32,000 bases of DNA from Trichodesmium erythraeum IMS101 (lineage in GTDB: Bacteria > Cyanobacteriota > Cyanobacteriia > Cyanobacteriales > Microcoleaceae). The notes under the pieces were generated by a model. It saw only the letters and a list, made by a program, of their open reading frames with translations. It made no database searches and was not told the DNA's origin. Positions 10,869 to 20,379 of the stretch are shown here, piece by piece. The stretch covers positions 4,650,001 through 4,682,000 of the forward strand of contig NC_008312.1 of assembly GCF_000014265.1 (NCBI RefSeq). The letters are read 5' to 3'. Each line of letters opens with the position of its first letter. Position 1 is the stretch's first letter. The position numbers were made by a program, and so were the translations under genes.

Positions 10869-11345
10869 ATGGCACTGATTACAACTGGTCGAGGAATGAT
10901 TCGGGATTTAGAGAAATCTGGATCTTTGGCGGTTTATCCTCCTTTGGAAGGAGGATTTGAAGGGCGTTATCAACGTCGTTTAAGAGCATCTGGGTATGTA
11001 AGTGAGAGTATTACTGCTAGGGGACTAGGGGATTTGGCCATGTATCTCACGGGGGTACATGGGGTTAGACCTCCTCACTTAGGTAAAAAAACTGTGGGTA
11101 ATGGTCCAGCAGTTGGGTATGTCTACTATGTACCACCTATTGTGAACTATAAGTTGGAACATCTACCACCCAAAGCTAAGGGTTTGGTTCTTTGGATTAT
11201 GGAGGGTCAAATTCTATCTAGTCAAGAAATTGAGTATTTGACTGTCCTACCTAAGTCAGAACCACGAGTAAAGGTGATAGTGGAAATGGGTGGCGATCGC
11301 TTTTTTCGGTGGACACCACTCCAAAATACTTTGGTTCCTGCCTAA
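10869..11345 (+). CDS. ndhN: NAD(P)H-quinone oxidoreductase (NDH-1) subunit N
   Basis: The 158-aa ORF begins MALITTGRGMIRDLEKSGSLAVYPPLEGGFEGRYQRRLRASGY and contains LWIMEGQILS..E and VIVEMGGDR.FRW. I recognise this as the cyanobacterial/plastid NdhN family. Confidence 0.9.
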   Translation: MALITTGRGMIRDLEKSGSLAVYPPLEGGFEGRYQRRLRASGYVSESITARGLGDLAMYLTGVHGVRPPHLGKKTVGNGPAVGYVYYVPPIVNYKLEHLPPKAKGLVLWIMEGQILSSQEIEYLTVLPKSEPRVKVIVEMGGDRFFRWTPLQNTLVPA

Positions 11346-11639
11346 GATTTTTTCCAGCTCAAACTTTTGGAGAAGAGAGTTAAAATTAGCCTGCTAATTT
11401 TAATATGCACATGCAAAAGAATATTCATATGCCTTGGGAAGCAAGGTTGTTGAATAGGCTGCAATACTATGGATAAAAAAGTTGGAAATTACTACTTAGA
11501 TTAGATTAAGTCCAATATATAATTTATGTAGTGAGGAATTAGTGGGTGAAACAATAAAATTCAATTATAACACAGCTTTATTGGAGTATCTCACCTTTGT
11601 ACCTCGAATTTTATAGAGCTAAAAATTACCATATTAAGC

Positions 11640-12857
11640 TTGAGAGAACGCTACTATCCTTTAAATTCCTTAAAAGAAGGCCACTGGTTTAAATTAATCT
11701 GTGGGGCAAGCTTTCAACACCTGCCAACGGTGAGAAATTTAACATTAGCTTATACTTTGGCGGGTGCAGATTGTATTGATGTGGCTGCAGACCCTGCGGC
11801 AATTGCTGCGACGAAAGAGGCTGTAGAGGTCGCATCTCAGCTTAAGTCTTGGGCTAAAAATCATAAATTTGGCTACCAAGCAAGGCCATTAATAATGGCC
11901 AGCATAAATGATGGAGAAGATCCTCATTTTCGGAAAGCTGAATTTGACTCTACCATTTGTCCTATAGAATGTTGGCGGCCTTGTGAGAAGGTATGTCCTG
12001 CAGAAGCTATAGTTTTCTTTGAAAAAGATAATGCTATAAATCTTGGTAATTCAGGAGTTATAGATGAACTTTGCTATGGTTGTGGTAGGTGTTTATCTGT
12101 ATGTCCGAATCAACTAATACAAGCTCGCTCTTATGTCTCTACTCCTAGTTCTATTGCATCATTAATATTGCAGACTGGTGTAGATGCAATAGAAATTCAC
12201 ACTCAAGTGGGAAGAGAAACTGATTTTCAGCGACTCTGGAAAAGTATAAAGCCTTGGGTCAATCAATTAAAACTAATTGCTATTAGTTGTCAAGACGACG
12301 AGGGGTTAATAGAATATTTACAGAGTCTATATAAAATTATTTCTCCTCTTCCTTGTAGCCTAATTTGGCAAACTGATGGTAAGCCCATGAGTGGGGATAT
12401 TGGTGTAGGTACTACCGCAGCTACAATTAAATTGAGTCAAAAAGTGCTAGACGCAGGATTACCGGGGTATGTACAACTAGCAGGTGGTACAAATAATTCT
12501 ACCGTAGTCAAATTAATTGCTCTGGGTTTGCTAGCGAATAAGAGTCTGAAACAAGATAAAGATTACATCAATAATTTCAATATTCCCATTTCAGAAAATA
12601 AATTTGTTGCTGGTGTAGCTTATGGTAGCTATGCCCGTATTCTATTATCACCAATCTTGGAAAAATTAGAAAAAATGCATAAATCACAACTAGAGGCAAT
12701 TGAATTTGCTTACGATACAGCTAGTGTCAATACAAAAGATGTTAATCAAAACCAGAGTAAAAAGTCTCAATTAACAAAGCTAGAAACTATACCAGAAATT
12801 CTTTGGGAAGCTGTTAGTTTAGCTAATTCTTTGGTTTCCCAAATTAAAAGATTGTAG
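11640..12857 (+). CDS. ldpA: LdpA-like iron-sulfur protein (circadian light-dependent period protein family)
   Basis: The 405-aa ORF has a TTG start. Its N-terminus LKEGHWFKLICGASFQHLPTVRNLTLAYTLAGADCIDVAADP matches my recollection of LdpA. Two Cys clusters (CPIECWRPCEKVCP and CYGCGRCLSVCP) fit 4Fe-4S ferredoxin-type binding. Confidence 0.75.
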   Translation: MRERYYPLNSLKEGHWFKLICGASFQHLPTVRNLTLAYTLAGADCIDVAADPAAIAATKEAVEVASQLKSWAKNHKFGYQARPLIMASINDGEDPHFRKAEFDSTICPIECWRPCEKVCPAEAIVFFEKDNAINLGNSGVIDELCYGCGRCLSVCPNQLIQARSYVSTPSSIASLILQTGVDAIEIHTQVGRETDFQRLWKSIKPWVNQLKLIAISCQDDEGLIEYLQSLYKIISPLPCSLIWQTDGKPMSGDIGVGTTAATIKLSQKVLDAGLPGYVQLAGGTNNSTVVKLIALGLLANKSLKQDKDYINNFNIPISENKFVAGVAYGSYARILLSPILEKLEKMHKSQLEAIEFAYDTASVNTKDVNQNQSKKSQLTKLETIPEILWEAVSLANSLVSQIKRL

Positions 12858-13053
12858 ATAGGCAAGAGTCTAAATTAATTAGCTATCAGCTATTTAAAAT
12901 TAAGTTAAAATCTCCTTGTCATCCTAAACCAAATGATATTAGGTGATTGCTGATCGCTTCCTTAATGTGAGCTTTAATCAACTGAGGTTTCAGTTTTTGC
13001 CTTTCATTGATCTTTTTTATCGCCCATGTAGATAAAGTCACTTTAAATAAAGA

Positions 13054-14826
13054 ATGCACATTACAGACGACCTTTATAGACTATTAGAAATTGTGCCTGA
13101 TAAAATCAGACGGCCTTTACAGGAGCATCAAGAGCGAAATCATCTGATTGAAATTGTGATGGATTTGGGTCGTCTCCCAGAGGCTCGTTTTCCATCCCAT
13201 GTAGAATATTTGGCGGAAATTCCTGTCTCAAGAAAAGACTTGAGTTATTCTATGGAACGAATTGGTACTTTTAGCAGCGATAATCGGGCAGGTATTGAAC
13301 AGACGCTACATCGGATTAGTGCTATGCGCAATCGCACTGGAGAAGTTATTGGTTTAACTTGCCGAGTGGGGCGGGCGGTTTTTGGCACAATTGCTATGAT
13401 TCGTGAATTAGTGGAAACGGGAAGATCAATTTTAATGCTTGGTCGCCCCGGTGTAGGAAAAACAACGGCGCTACGAGAAATTGCAAGGGTGCTTGCTGAT
13501 GAATTAGAAAAACGGGTCGTAATTATTGATACTTCTAATGAAATTGCTGGAGATGGAGATGTTCCTCACTCTGCTATTGGTCGAGCCCGTCGGATGCAGG
13601 TTGCTAGTCCAGAACAACAGCATCGCGTAATGATTGAGGCGGTGGAAAATCATACACCAGAGGTGATTGTGATTGATGAAATTGGCACAGAATTGGAAGC
13701 TCTGGCAGCAAGAACAATTGCAGAACGTGGTGTGCAGTTGGTGGGTACTGCTCATGGAAATCAGATTGAAAATTTGGTAAAAAATCCCACTTTATCTGAT
13801 TTAATCGGGGGTATTCAAGCTGTAACTTTGGGAGATGATGAGGCTCGACGGCGGAGTTCTCAAAAGACTGTTTTGGAACGTAAAGCACCGCCAACTTTTG
13901 AAATTGCTGTGGAGATGTTAGAAAGGCATCGTTGGGTGGTTCACGAGCAGGTAGCTGATACTGTTGATGCTTTGCTGCGTGGGAAAAAACCTAATCCAGA
14001 GGTGAGAACTATGGATGATAATGGTGAGGTAAAAATTAAGCGAGAGTTTAATAGTTCCCCTGGATTTGGCTCGGGAGTTAATCGCAATGCAGGGAGATTA
14101 CTCGAACAGTCGGGTGAGATGTTGATTTCGGGTGGTAGTTTTCGGGACTCTGGTTATATGATGCCGTTATCAAATACGGGTAAAATTAGTCAGCCTTTGG
14201 AGTTTTCTGAGGCCAAATCTTTTGAACAGTTGTTGGATGAGTCTTTGTCTGGTAATGGGATGTTTTCTCATGATACTGGAGATCGTTGGGATAATAAAGA
14301 TGCAGGGCCGAATGGTGAGGATTTACCTTTGCATATCTATCCTTATGCTATTCCACGGCATCAAATGGAGCAGGTGATTACTACTTTAGGTTTACCTGTG
14401 GTTTTGACTAAGGATATTGATAGTGCGGATGTGGTTTTGGCTTTGCGATCACATACCCGGAAACAATCTAAGTTACGTCATGCAGCTAAAACTCGTCATG
14501 TGCCTATTCATGTGATTAAAAATAGCGGTTTGCCTCAAATTGCTAAGGCGTTGCGACGTTTATTAGATATGGAAGATCCTGCTACTCCTGAGTTTGCTGA
14601 TTTAAATTTGTTTGCTGCTTCAGCTTCAGAAGATGAGATGGAGGCGTTGGAGGAAACACGATTAGCGGTAGAGCAAATTGTGATTCCTAATGGGCAACCT
14701 GTTGAACTTTTGCCTCGGTCTCCGAAAGTGCGTAAAATGCAGCATGAGTTGGTTGAGCATTATCGTTTGAAGTCTGCTAGTTTTGGAGATGAACCTAACC
14801 GGCGTTTGCGTATTTATCCAGCTTGA
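13054..14826 (+). CDS. R3H-domain P-loop ATPase (Ycf45 / SpoIIIAA-like family)
   Basis: The 590-aa ORF has Walker A GRPGVGKTT, a Walker B-like VIVIDEIG, GTAHG, and a C-terminal nucleic-acid-binding-like module ending SFGDEPNRRLRIYPA (R3H-type). It is visibly more GC-rich than its surroundings. Confidence 0.8.
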   Translation: MHITDDLYRLLEIVPDKIRRPLQEHQERNHLIEIVMDLGRLPEARFPSHVEYLAEIPVSRKDLSYSMERIGTFSSDNRAGIEQTLHRISAMRNRTGEVIGLTCRVGRAVFGTIAMIRELVETGRSILMLGRPGVGKTTALREIARVLADELEKRVVIIDTSNEIAGDGDVPHSAIGRARRMQVASPEQQHRVMIEAVENHTPEVIVIDEIGTELEALAARTIAERGVQLVGTAHGNQIENLVKNPTLSDLIGGIQAVTLGDDEARRRSSQKTVLERKAPPTFEIAVEMLERHRWVVHEQVADTVDALLRGKKPNPEVRTMDDNGEVKIKREFNSSPGFGSGVNRNAGRLLEQSGEMLISGGSFRDSGYMMPLSNTGKISQPLEFSEAKSFEQLLDESLSGNGMFSHDTGDRWDNKDAGPNGEDLPLHIYPYAIPRHQMEQVITTLGLPVVLTKDIDSADVVLALRSHTRKQSKLRHAAKTRHVPIHVIKNSGLPQIAKALRRLLDMEDPATPEFADLNLFAASASEDEMEALEETRLAVEQIVIPNGQPVELLPRSPKVRKMQHELVEHYRLKSASFGDEPNRRLRIYPA

Positions 14827-14934
14827 GCAGTCTGGTTGAATGGTTACGCTTTAGTGGAAGGAAAGCAGAGAGCATTAAGGAACTTATGCAGATTTGCCTA
14901 GAGCACTTTTCATGATTAGTAGACTATAAAGAGC

Positions 14935-14956
14935 GGGACGTTGCATGCAATGTCCC
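14935..14956. repeat. Strong GC-containing hairpin (9-bp stem with one G-T pair, CATG loop)
   Basis: The sequence GGGACGTTG-CATG-CAATGTCCC lies about 110 nt downstream of the ATPase stop. No T-run follows on either strand, so a terminator role is unproven. Confidence 0.4.
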
Positions 14957-15200
14957 AGAAAGGGTTATATCAAGTCTAATTAATTAGATAAATATAAAAG
15001 TATTTATAGGTAAAGGTTTTAGCCTTTACATATCTAAAAAAAAATGACTAAAACCCTTCTTAGTTGAGGTTTATAGTGCTTTTTAGGTCTTAAATAATGA
15101 AAACCTTATATAGTAAGTTTTTGTTTGATAATTTTAAATTTTCCTACACTAAACAACTGTATTATTAATTCATCATAATATTATTATGTTTAGTTCGCGT

Positions 15201-15250
15201 AAAAAAATAACTATCTGGAGGAGCGCTTGCTGGCTCCAGTAAAGATAGTT
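15201..15250 (-). terminator. Candidate intrinsic terminator of mrdA
   Basis: In minus-strand sense: AACTATCT-ttact-GGAGC-cagcaagc-GCTCC-tcc-AGATAGTT followed by ATTTTTTT. This is an 8-bp outer stem plus a 5-bp inner stem. It lies about 50 nt downstream of the mrdA stop at 15302. Confidence 0.55.
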
Positions 15251-15301
15251 ATAGTAAGGGAAGTGAGAGTTTTTGGAGATGTTTATTGCTTTCCCATGAA
15301 A

Positions 15302-17113
15302 CTAATTCAGTTTAGCTTGGCTATATTTACTGAAATAAGTTTGAAAAACCTTTTTCGCAACTGGAGCAGCGGAAAAAGAACCATAACCACCATTTTCAAC
15401 AATCACAGCGATCGCAATTTTTGATTCTTCGGCAGGCCCAAATCCCACATACAATGAATGAGACTTTTGTCCCATTACTTCTGATGTACCTGTTTTTCCT
15501 CCTGTGAGTGGAATTGTGCCATCATTAAGTAATTGTGCTGTACCGTATTCAACAACATCAATCATTCCTTTTTTAATCGTATTGACATATTCTGGTTTCA
15601 ACCCTATGGGAATAGGTTTCATTTCTGGAGAGTTAGTTTCATGTGCAAACAAGTGAGGTGTAACCTGTTTACCACTATTAGCGATCGTTGCTGTTGCTGT
15701 TGCTAACTCTAAAGGCGTCACCAAAACCAAACCCTGACCAATTGCCATTGTAATTGTATCACCCAAATACCAGGCATCATTATAAATTCTCCGTTTATCT
15801 TCTTCAGTAGGAATGAGACCATTATATGCAGAAGGTATGCCCAGAAGGTTTAATTTTTTGCCCCCTAAACCAAGTTTATATGCCCATTGAGCTATCTGTT
15901 CGTGACCAATAGTCATACCAGCATGATAAAAGAAAGTATTACTACTATAAGCTAATGCAGTTCTAAAACCAATAGCACCATATCCCCCACTATGTTCATT
16001 GAAAAGAATACCTCCAACATAAATAGAATCAGAAGTTTGAATAATTGAGTAGGGAGAAAACTTGCCAGACCCTAAAGCAGCAGCAGCAGTAACTATTTTA
16101 AATGTACTACCTGGAGGGTAACCTTGGAGAGACCGATTTAAAAATGATTGTTCTTCACTGTGAAGACTTCGCCATTTTTCTTCAGGCATAGGCTTTGTAA
16201 AGACATTGGGGTTGAATCTGGGATAACTTGCCATTGCTAAAACTTCCCCTGTATTCACATCTAACACAACTACTGCTCCCTTGCGAAAACCCAGAGCTGT
16301 TTCTGCTGCTTTTTGAAGGTTTATATCAAGGGTTAACTTGACCGTTTTTCCACTTTTAGCCTCTTTTTCTTCTTCTTCAAAAATTCTTACTTCGCGGTTT
16401 TGGGCATTGACTTCTATCAAGTCCTGACCCCATTTTCCTGCTAGTACATCATTAGCACTAGCTTCAACTCCTATTCTACCAACCATCATTCTTAGTTGGT
16501 ATTCTGGGTTAGCTTCTAGTTCTGCTGGTGTAACTTCACCAAGATATCCTATCACATGGGATGCTAATTGTCCATAAGGATAATAACGAGTTGACTCTGG
16601 TCTAACTTCTACACCAGGAAACTCCCCAGTCTTTTCTTGTAAAGTGATAAAAGTATTACGGCTAACTTGATCGCTAAGATGTATATTCCTTTCTCCTGAA
16701 GTAATTGCCTGTTCTACTTTTTTAATAATTTTGTCGGCTGGTATATCAATAATGGGGCTGAGTTTAGCTGCAGTAATTTTCCATTGCTGTAATGGTTGTT
16801 CTTTTGGCCATAAATATATGGCATGCTTAAGACGGTTAGATGCAAAGGCTTTGCCATTACGGTCTAGAATTAGTCCTCTATTAGAAGGGACTGGAATGGG
16901 TCGAATTCGGTTGTTTTCTGCTCGTTCCCTATTTTGTTGACCTTGAATTAATTGTATTTGAGCCAGACGAGTCACTTGTAGACCTATGGTAGTTGTGGTC
17001 AATAAAACTATGACTATTGTTCGGAATATTAAAGGTGACTGGCGTTCCTGATCTGGGAGGTTATTCTCTTCTGTTTTCCGAAACCAAGAAGAAAAAGAAA
17101 ATTCACGTACCAT
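15302..17113 (-). CDS. mrdA: Penicillin-binding protein 2 (elongasome transpeptidase)
   Basis: The 603-aa ORF has an N-terminal TM segment (IVIVLLTTTTIGL), a PBP dimerisation region, and the three transpeptidase boxes STFK, SSN and KTGT in the correct order. Confidence 0.9.
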   Translation of the reverse strand: MVREFSFSSWFRKTEENNLPDQERQSPLIFRTIVIVLLTTTTIGLQVTRLAQIQLIQGQQNRERAENNRIRPIPVPSNRGLILDRNGKAFASNRLKHAIYLWPKEQPLQQWKITAAKLSPIIDIPADKIIKKVEQAITSGERNIHLSDQVSRNTFITLQEKTGEFPGVEVRPESTRYYPYGQLASHVIGYLGEVTPAELEANPEYQLRMMVGRIGVEASANDVLAGKWGQDLIEVNAQNREVRIFEEEEKEAKSGKTVKLTLDINLQKAAETALGFRKGAVVVLDVNTGEVLAMASYPRFNPNVFTKPMPEEKWRSLHSEEQSFLNRSLQGYPPGSTFKIVTAAAALGSGKFSPYSIIQTSDSIYVGGILFNEHSGGYGAIGFRTALAYSSNTFFYHAGMTIGHEQIAQWAYKLGLGGKKLNLLGIPSAYNGLIPTEEDKRRIYNDAWYLGDTITMAIGQGLVLVTPLELATATATIANSGKQVTPHLFAHETNSPEMKPIPIGLKPEYVNTIKKGMIDVVEYGTAQLLNDGTIPLTGGKTGTSEVMGQKSHSLYVGFGPAEESKIAIAVIVENGGYGSFSAAPVAKKVFQTYFSKYSQAKLN

Positions 17114-17957
17114 AGGTTTTTAATTTATAAAGTAGGATTTTAAGGTTAATCATTTAATTTTTTTGACCTGAAAAATATCATAGTGATAAGCTACAATTTT
17201 TTTGAGGGAGTAGCTGGGGGAGGGTAGATTATTGAGAATAAAATAATATGGATAATAGGGTAAAACAAGGGATAAAAGGGGTAAACTAAATAAGGAAGCA
17301 TAAAAAAGGCAAATTAAAACTATAGTAATTAAATAAAATAAATATTGAGTTTTAATCTCCTAAACACCAAAAAATAACTACTAAGACTATTGACATACAA
17401 AACCATAGGGGAATATGTAGCCATTGTATTAAGTCCATTGGTCTTAAAATCAAGACATTCGTCATTAACCAACTCAATATTAATACTATAGTGATTAGGA
17501 ATAAAGACATAATAATAGTATTTTTTGGCAAATGTAAATAACTAATTTTATTTCAATTAGAGTATAGTATAAAATAACATTTTCTAAAATAACATTTTCA
17601 AGTAGAAAGGGTGAATTTCTCTGCTCAATACCTTATTAGCAAACGGAATCAAAAGATGTTAAGCTTTGTATTTCAAGGAGATCAAAAATTTAACTTTTAA
17701 CTTCAAGGCCTCTACTTAAGTAGGAGGTACGAATAATTGATAACTGAAATGACTTCCGAATCATCTTTAACATATAGATAATCTTAGTAAAACTAGGTTA
17801 AATTAAGATAAATACTATAGCTATCAAGGATAATATACTATAGTAATTATGAATAAAAACACAATATATAGTATTTTTTAAAAAATTTAAATAATTAATT
17901 TGATTTAGATTTTAGTATAATGTGAAGTGACTATTCTAACTAAGAAGGTAAATTTCT

Positions 17958-18866
17958 GTGTTTAATACTCTGTTGGCTGATTTCCGAATTATTTTTGAGA
18001 GAGACCCTGCTGCTCGAAACTGGTTGGAGGTTCTCACTTGCTACCCTGGTTTTCAGGCTTTAGTATTTCATCGCATAGCTCATAGTTTGTATTTTCACAA
18101 AGTTCCTTTCCTACCTCGTTTAATTTCTCATATAGCCCGGTTTTTAACTGGAATTGAAATTCATCCAGGGGCTGTTATTGGTCAAGGTGTGTTTATTGAT
18201 CACGGTATGGGTGTTGTAATTGGAGAGACTGCTATTATAGGAGACTCTTGCTTGATTTATCAAGGAGTAACTCTTGGTGGCACTGGTAAAGAAACTGGTA
18301 AACGACATCCTACTTTGGGAGAAAATGTAGTTGTTGGCGGAGGAGCAAAGATTCTTGGTAATATTAACATTGGTAGTAATGTTCGTATTGGTGCTAGTTC
18401 TGTAGTTTTGAAAGATGTTCCTCCTAATTGTACAGTGGTGGGAATACCAGGTAGAGTTGTAGATCGTTCTGGAGTTAAAGTAAATCCTTTAGAACATGGT
18501 AGTTTGCCTGATTCTGAAGCTAAAGTCATGCGTGCATTATTTAATCGAATTAATTCTCTTGAGGAACAAGTGCAGTTGATCAAAATTCTACAATTTCAAG
18601 AGCCAGAATTAGAGTCTGTTGTGGCAAAGCCTCACCTCAAATCTTTTGCTAATCATTCTAATTATCGTCTCACAGATTTAGCATTGTTTAATCGAATTAA
18701 TTATCTTGAGGAACAAGTGAAGTTGATCAAAAGTTTACAGTCTCAATTACTAGAGTTAGACTCTACTGTAGCGAAGCCTCCCCTCAAATCTTCTGCTAAT
18801 AATTATTCTAATTATGATTTCCAAGATTTAGAAATTCAGGATTTTTTCGATGGCTCAGGAATCTAA
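17958..18866 (+). CDS. cysE: Serine O-acetyltransferase with an extended, internally duplicated C-terminus
   Basis: The 302-aa ORF has a GTG start. The SAT N-domain reads [31 protein letters not shown], and hexapeptide-repeat beta-helix is present ([32 protein letters not shown]...[14 protein letters not shown]). The C-terminus ends DGSGI, with the terminal Ile typical of SATs. Confidence 0.9.
   Translation: MFNTLLADFRIIFERDPAARNWLEVLTCYPGFQALVFHRIAHSLYFHKVPFLPRLISHIARFLTGIEIHPGAVIGQGVFIDHGMGVVIGETAIIGDSCLIYQGVTLGGTGKETGKRHPTLGENVVVGGGAKILGNINIGSNVRIGASSVVLKDVPPNCTVVGIPGRVVDRSGVKVNPLEHGSLPDSEAKVMRALFNRINSLEEQVQLIKILQFQEPELESVVAKPHLKSFANHSNYRLTDLALFNRINYLEEQVKLIKSLQSQLLELDSTVAKPPLKSSANNYSNYDFQDLEIQDFFDGSGI
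18534..18830 (+). repeat. In-frame tandem duplication (147 nt + 150 nt) inside the cysE 3' region
   Basis: Unit 1 (18534-18680) encodes [49 protein letters not shown]. Unit 2 (18681-18830) encodes [50 protein letters not shown]. Similarity is clear at both nucleotide and protein level. Confidence 0.9.
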
Positions 18867-19022
18867 CCTTATCACCACAATTGTAACCCTCTTTAAGGTA
18901 AAGGTAAATGAAAAAAATTGGATATGACATATAGGGATTTTTTATGGGTAAACCTAAGAATTTCCCTACTGTGTTTTTAGTTGTGATGTAAGGCCATGTA
19001 TCTAAAAAACGCTATGAGGATG

Positions 19023-19628
19023 TTAAGGATTAATCTCTTGAATAGACCAAGTTCCATGGACATCACTTTGATAGAGGCAGCGATTTTGTGGTTCTTTTCT
19101 TAGTTCTAAATGCTCAACTTTTGTTGGCTCGAGCAATAATATATAAAAGTTGAATAAGGGCTTGGTTCTGTCTGGTGGAAGTAATTTAAAAGCACTTGCT
19201 TGTACTTTATTTTTTCCTGGATGAGGCCAGGTAAATTGCTGTCTAGCATTGTCTGAAATTTCTTGCCATATAGTAAGTCTTGCTTTAGTAAGTTTGGGGT
19301 GGGGGTTATCCGCTTTAACTAGAGTTAGTTTTCCTTTAAGCCGAAATTGTTCTCTGGTTTTGGGAAAGTACCAGCAGGCTTCACCCCAGGCATTTTTATC
19401 TATTTCCTCTACTTTTTGACTACGACTATCGGTGATAAATTTTAGCTGATTAGTTTGTTGTAAAAAGCCCCGAAATACGATGGTACGATTAGCAGGTTGA
19501 CCTTCTGGGGTTACTGTTGCTAGCTGGAGATAACGAGCATAGACAAGGCTTTGGTTTTTATGTATGGCTCTCGCTAGGGGCGATCGCCAAGGTGCTAGTT
19601 CTTTTTCCTCTAATGAGTTGAGTTCCAT
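19023..19628 (-). CDS. PPOX-class FMN-dependent flavoprotein (pyridoxamine 5'-phosphate oxidase-related)
   Basis: The 201-aa ORF contains APWRSPL...ARYLQLATVTPEGQPANRTIVFRGF...FITDSRSQK...EACWYFPKTREQFRLKG, the pattern I associate with the cyanobacterial PPOX-type family. Confidence 0.75.
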   Translation of the reverse strand: MELNSLEEKELAPWRSPLARAIHKNQSLVYARYLQLATVTPEGQPANRTIVFRGFLQQTNQLKFITDSRSQKVEEIDKNAWGEACWYFPKTREQFRLKGKLTLVKADNPHPKLTKARLTIWQEISDNARQQFTWPHPGKNKVQASAFKLLPPDRTKPLFNFYILLLEPTKVEHLELRKEPQNRCLYQSDVHGTWSIQEINP

Positions 19629-20379
19629 TTTTGAGTTACTTTTGGAAATTTTTTATCTGAAAACAAAAAACACTTTTTATATTTATGCCCGGTAGCATCC
19701 CTTGTGTATAAAATTAAGTCACAGTTAGAAGAAACCTTTCTGCTTTCTCTTCTGGCGCCTTTTTTACACTAAAGTCTAACTATTTAGGAGCACACGATAT
19801 TATACTTCAAAATATTTAGTAAGGTTAGTGTATTTATTGATGCTAGACTTTACTTTTTATTTAATAAATGAAGTATTGAGCAAGTTTTGGCACTATTGTC
19901 AGCTATTAGCTAGCTCCCTGGATCTGAACTTCCCTATTAAACTATCAATTTATTGCAGGTCTAGGAGGACTTAGTCTCTAGAAAGTGAAGTCTAAGTAAA
20001 ATTGGTTACGACCTTAGACTTAGTAGTTAATTGAATATGTTCAAAAGCTGAAGCCTGAATGGTTAATTTTTGGGGCTTGATATAATCTGGTGTTAGATTT
20101 AGTAATATCAAGTCTGGTAGTGTACTGAAAAGTATATTCTGTTGGCAAAACTCTTAAATATCCTACTATACTTATTTACCTCTCATAAACTTTGTCTATT
20201 ATAACACTCAAATCCTCTACTATTTCATTTAATCTGATATTAGCTTTTTCAATTAATATCTTGATTTGAACTTTTCAGAAAAGTAGGTGAGATATCAAAA
20301 CTCAAAAAAAAAATAATAAATAGATAGCTCAAACTTGCTTCCCAAATTTCCTACTTAGCTACAGAGCGATCGCTAGTAT

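Noticed and set aside
11380-11403. 11-bp A/T-rich perfect hairpin TTAAAATTAGC-ct-GCTAATTTTAA after ndhN, considered as a terminator
   Set aside because: No T-run follows it and the stem is almost entirely A/T. Function cannot be supported from sequence alone.
9681-15250. Recurrent decamer AGATAGTTAT (9681, 10250, 15243, plus the reverse complement of its first 8 nt (AACTATCT) at 15209), considered as a dispersed motif
   Set aside because: There are only three or four occurrences of an AT-rich 10-mer in AT-rich DNA. One pair is simply the two arms of the mrdA terminator stem. This is insufficient to claim a repeat family without a genome-wide count.
17352-17510. 52-codon hydrophobic minus-strand ORF (MSLFLITIVLILSWLMTNVLILRPMDLIQWLHIPLWFCMSIVLVVIFWCLGD) just upstream of mrdA, whose frame stays hydrophobic through three stops; considered as a decayed mreD-like gene
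   Set aside because: The minus strand here is very T-rich, which by itself yields F/L/I-rich pseudo-membrane translations. There is no RBS, and I could see no motif-level similarity to MreD.
13504-18583. Antisense or overlapping ORFs inside the R3H ATPase, mrdA and cysE (13504-13755, 13604-13894, 15227-15424, 16731-16940, 18260-18583)
   Set aside because: They lie on the opposite strand of, or out of frame within, long genes with clear motifs. They are most parsimoniously chance open frames.
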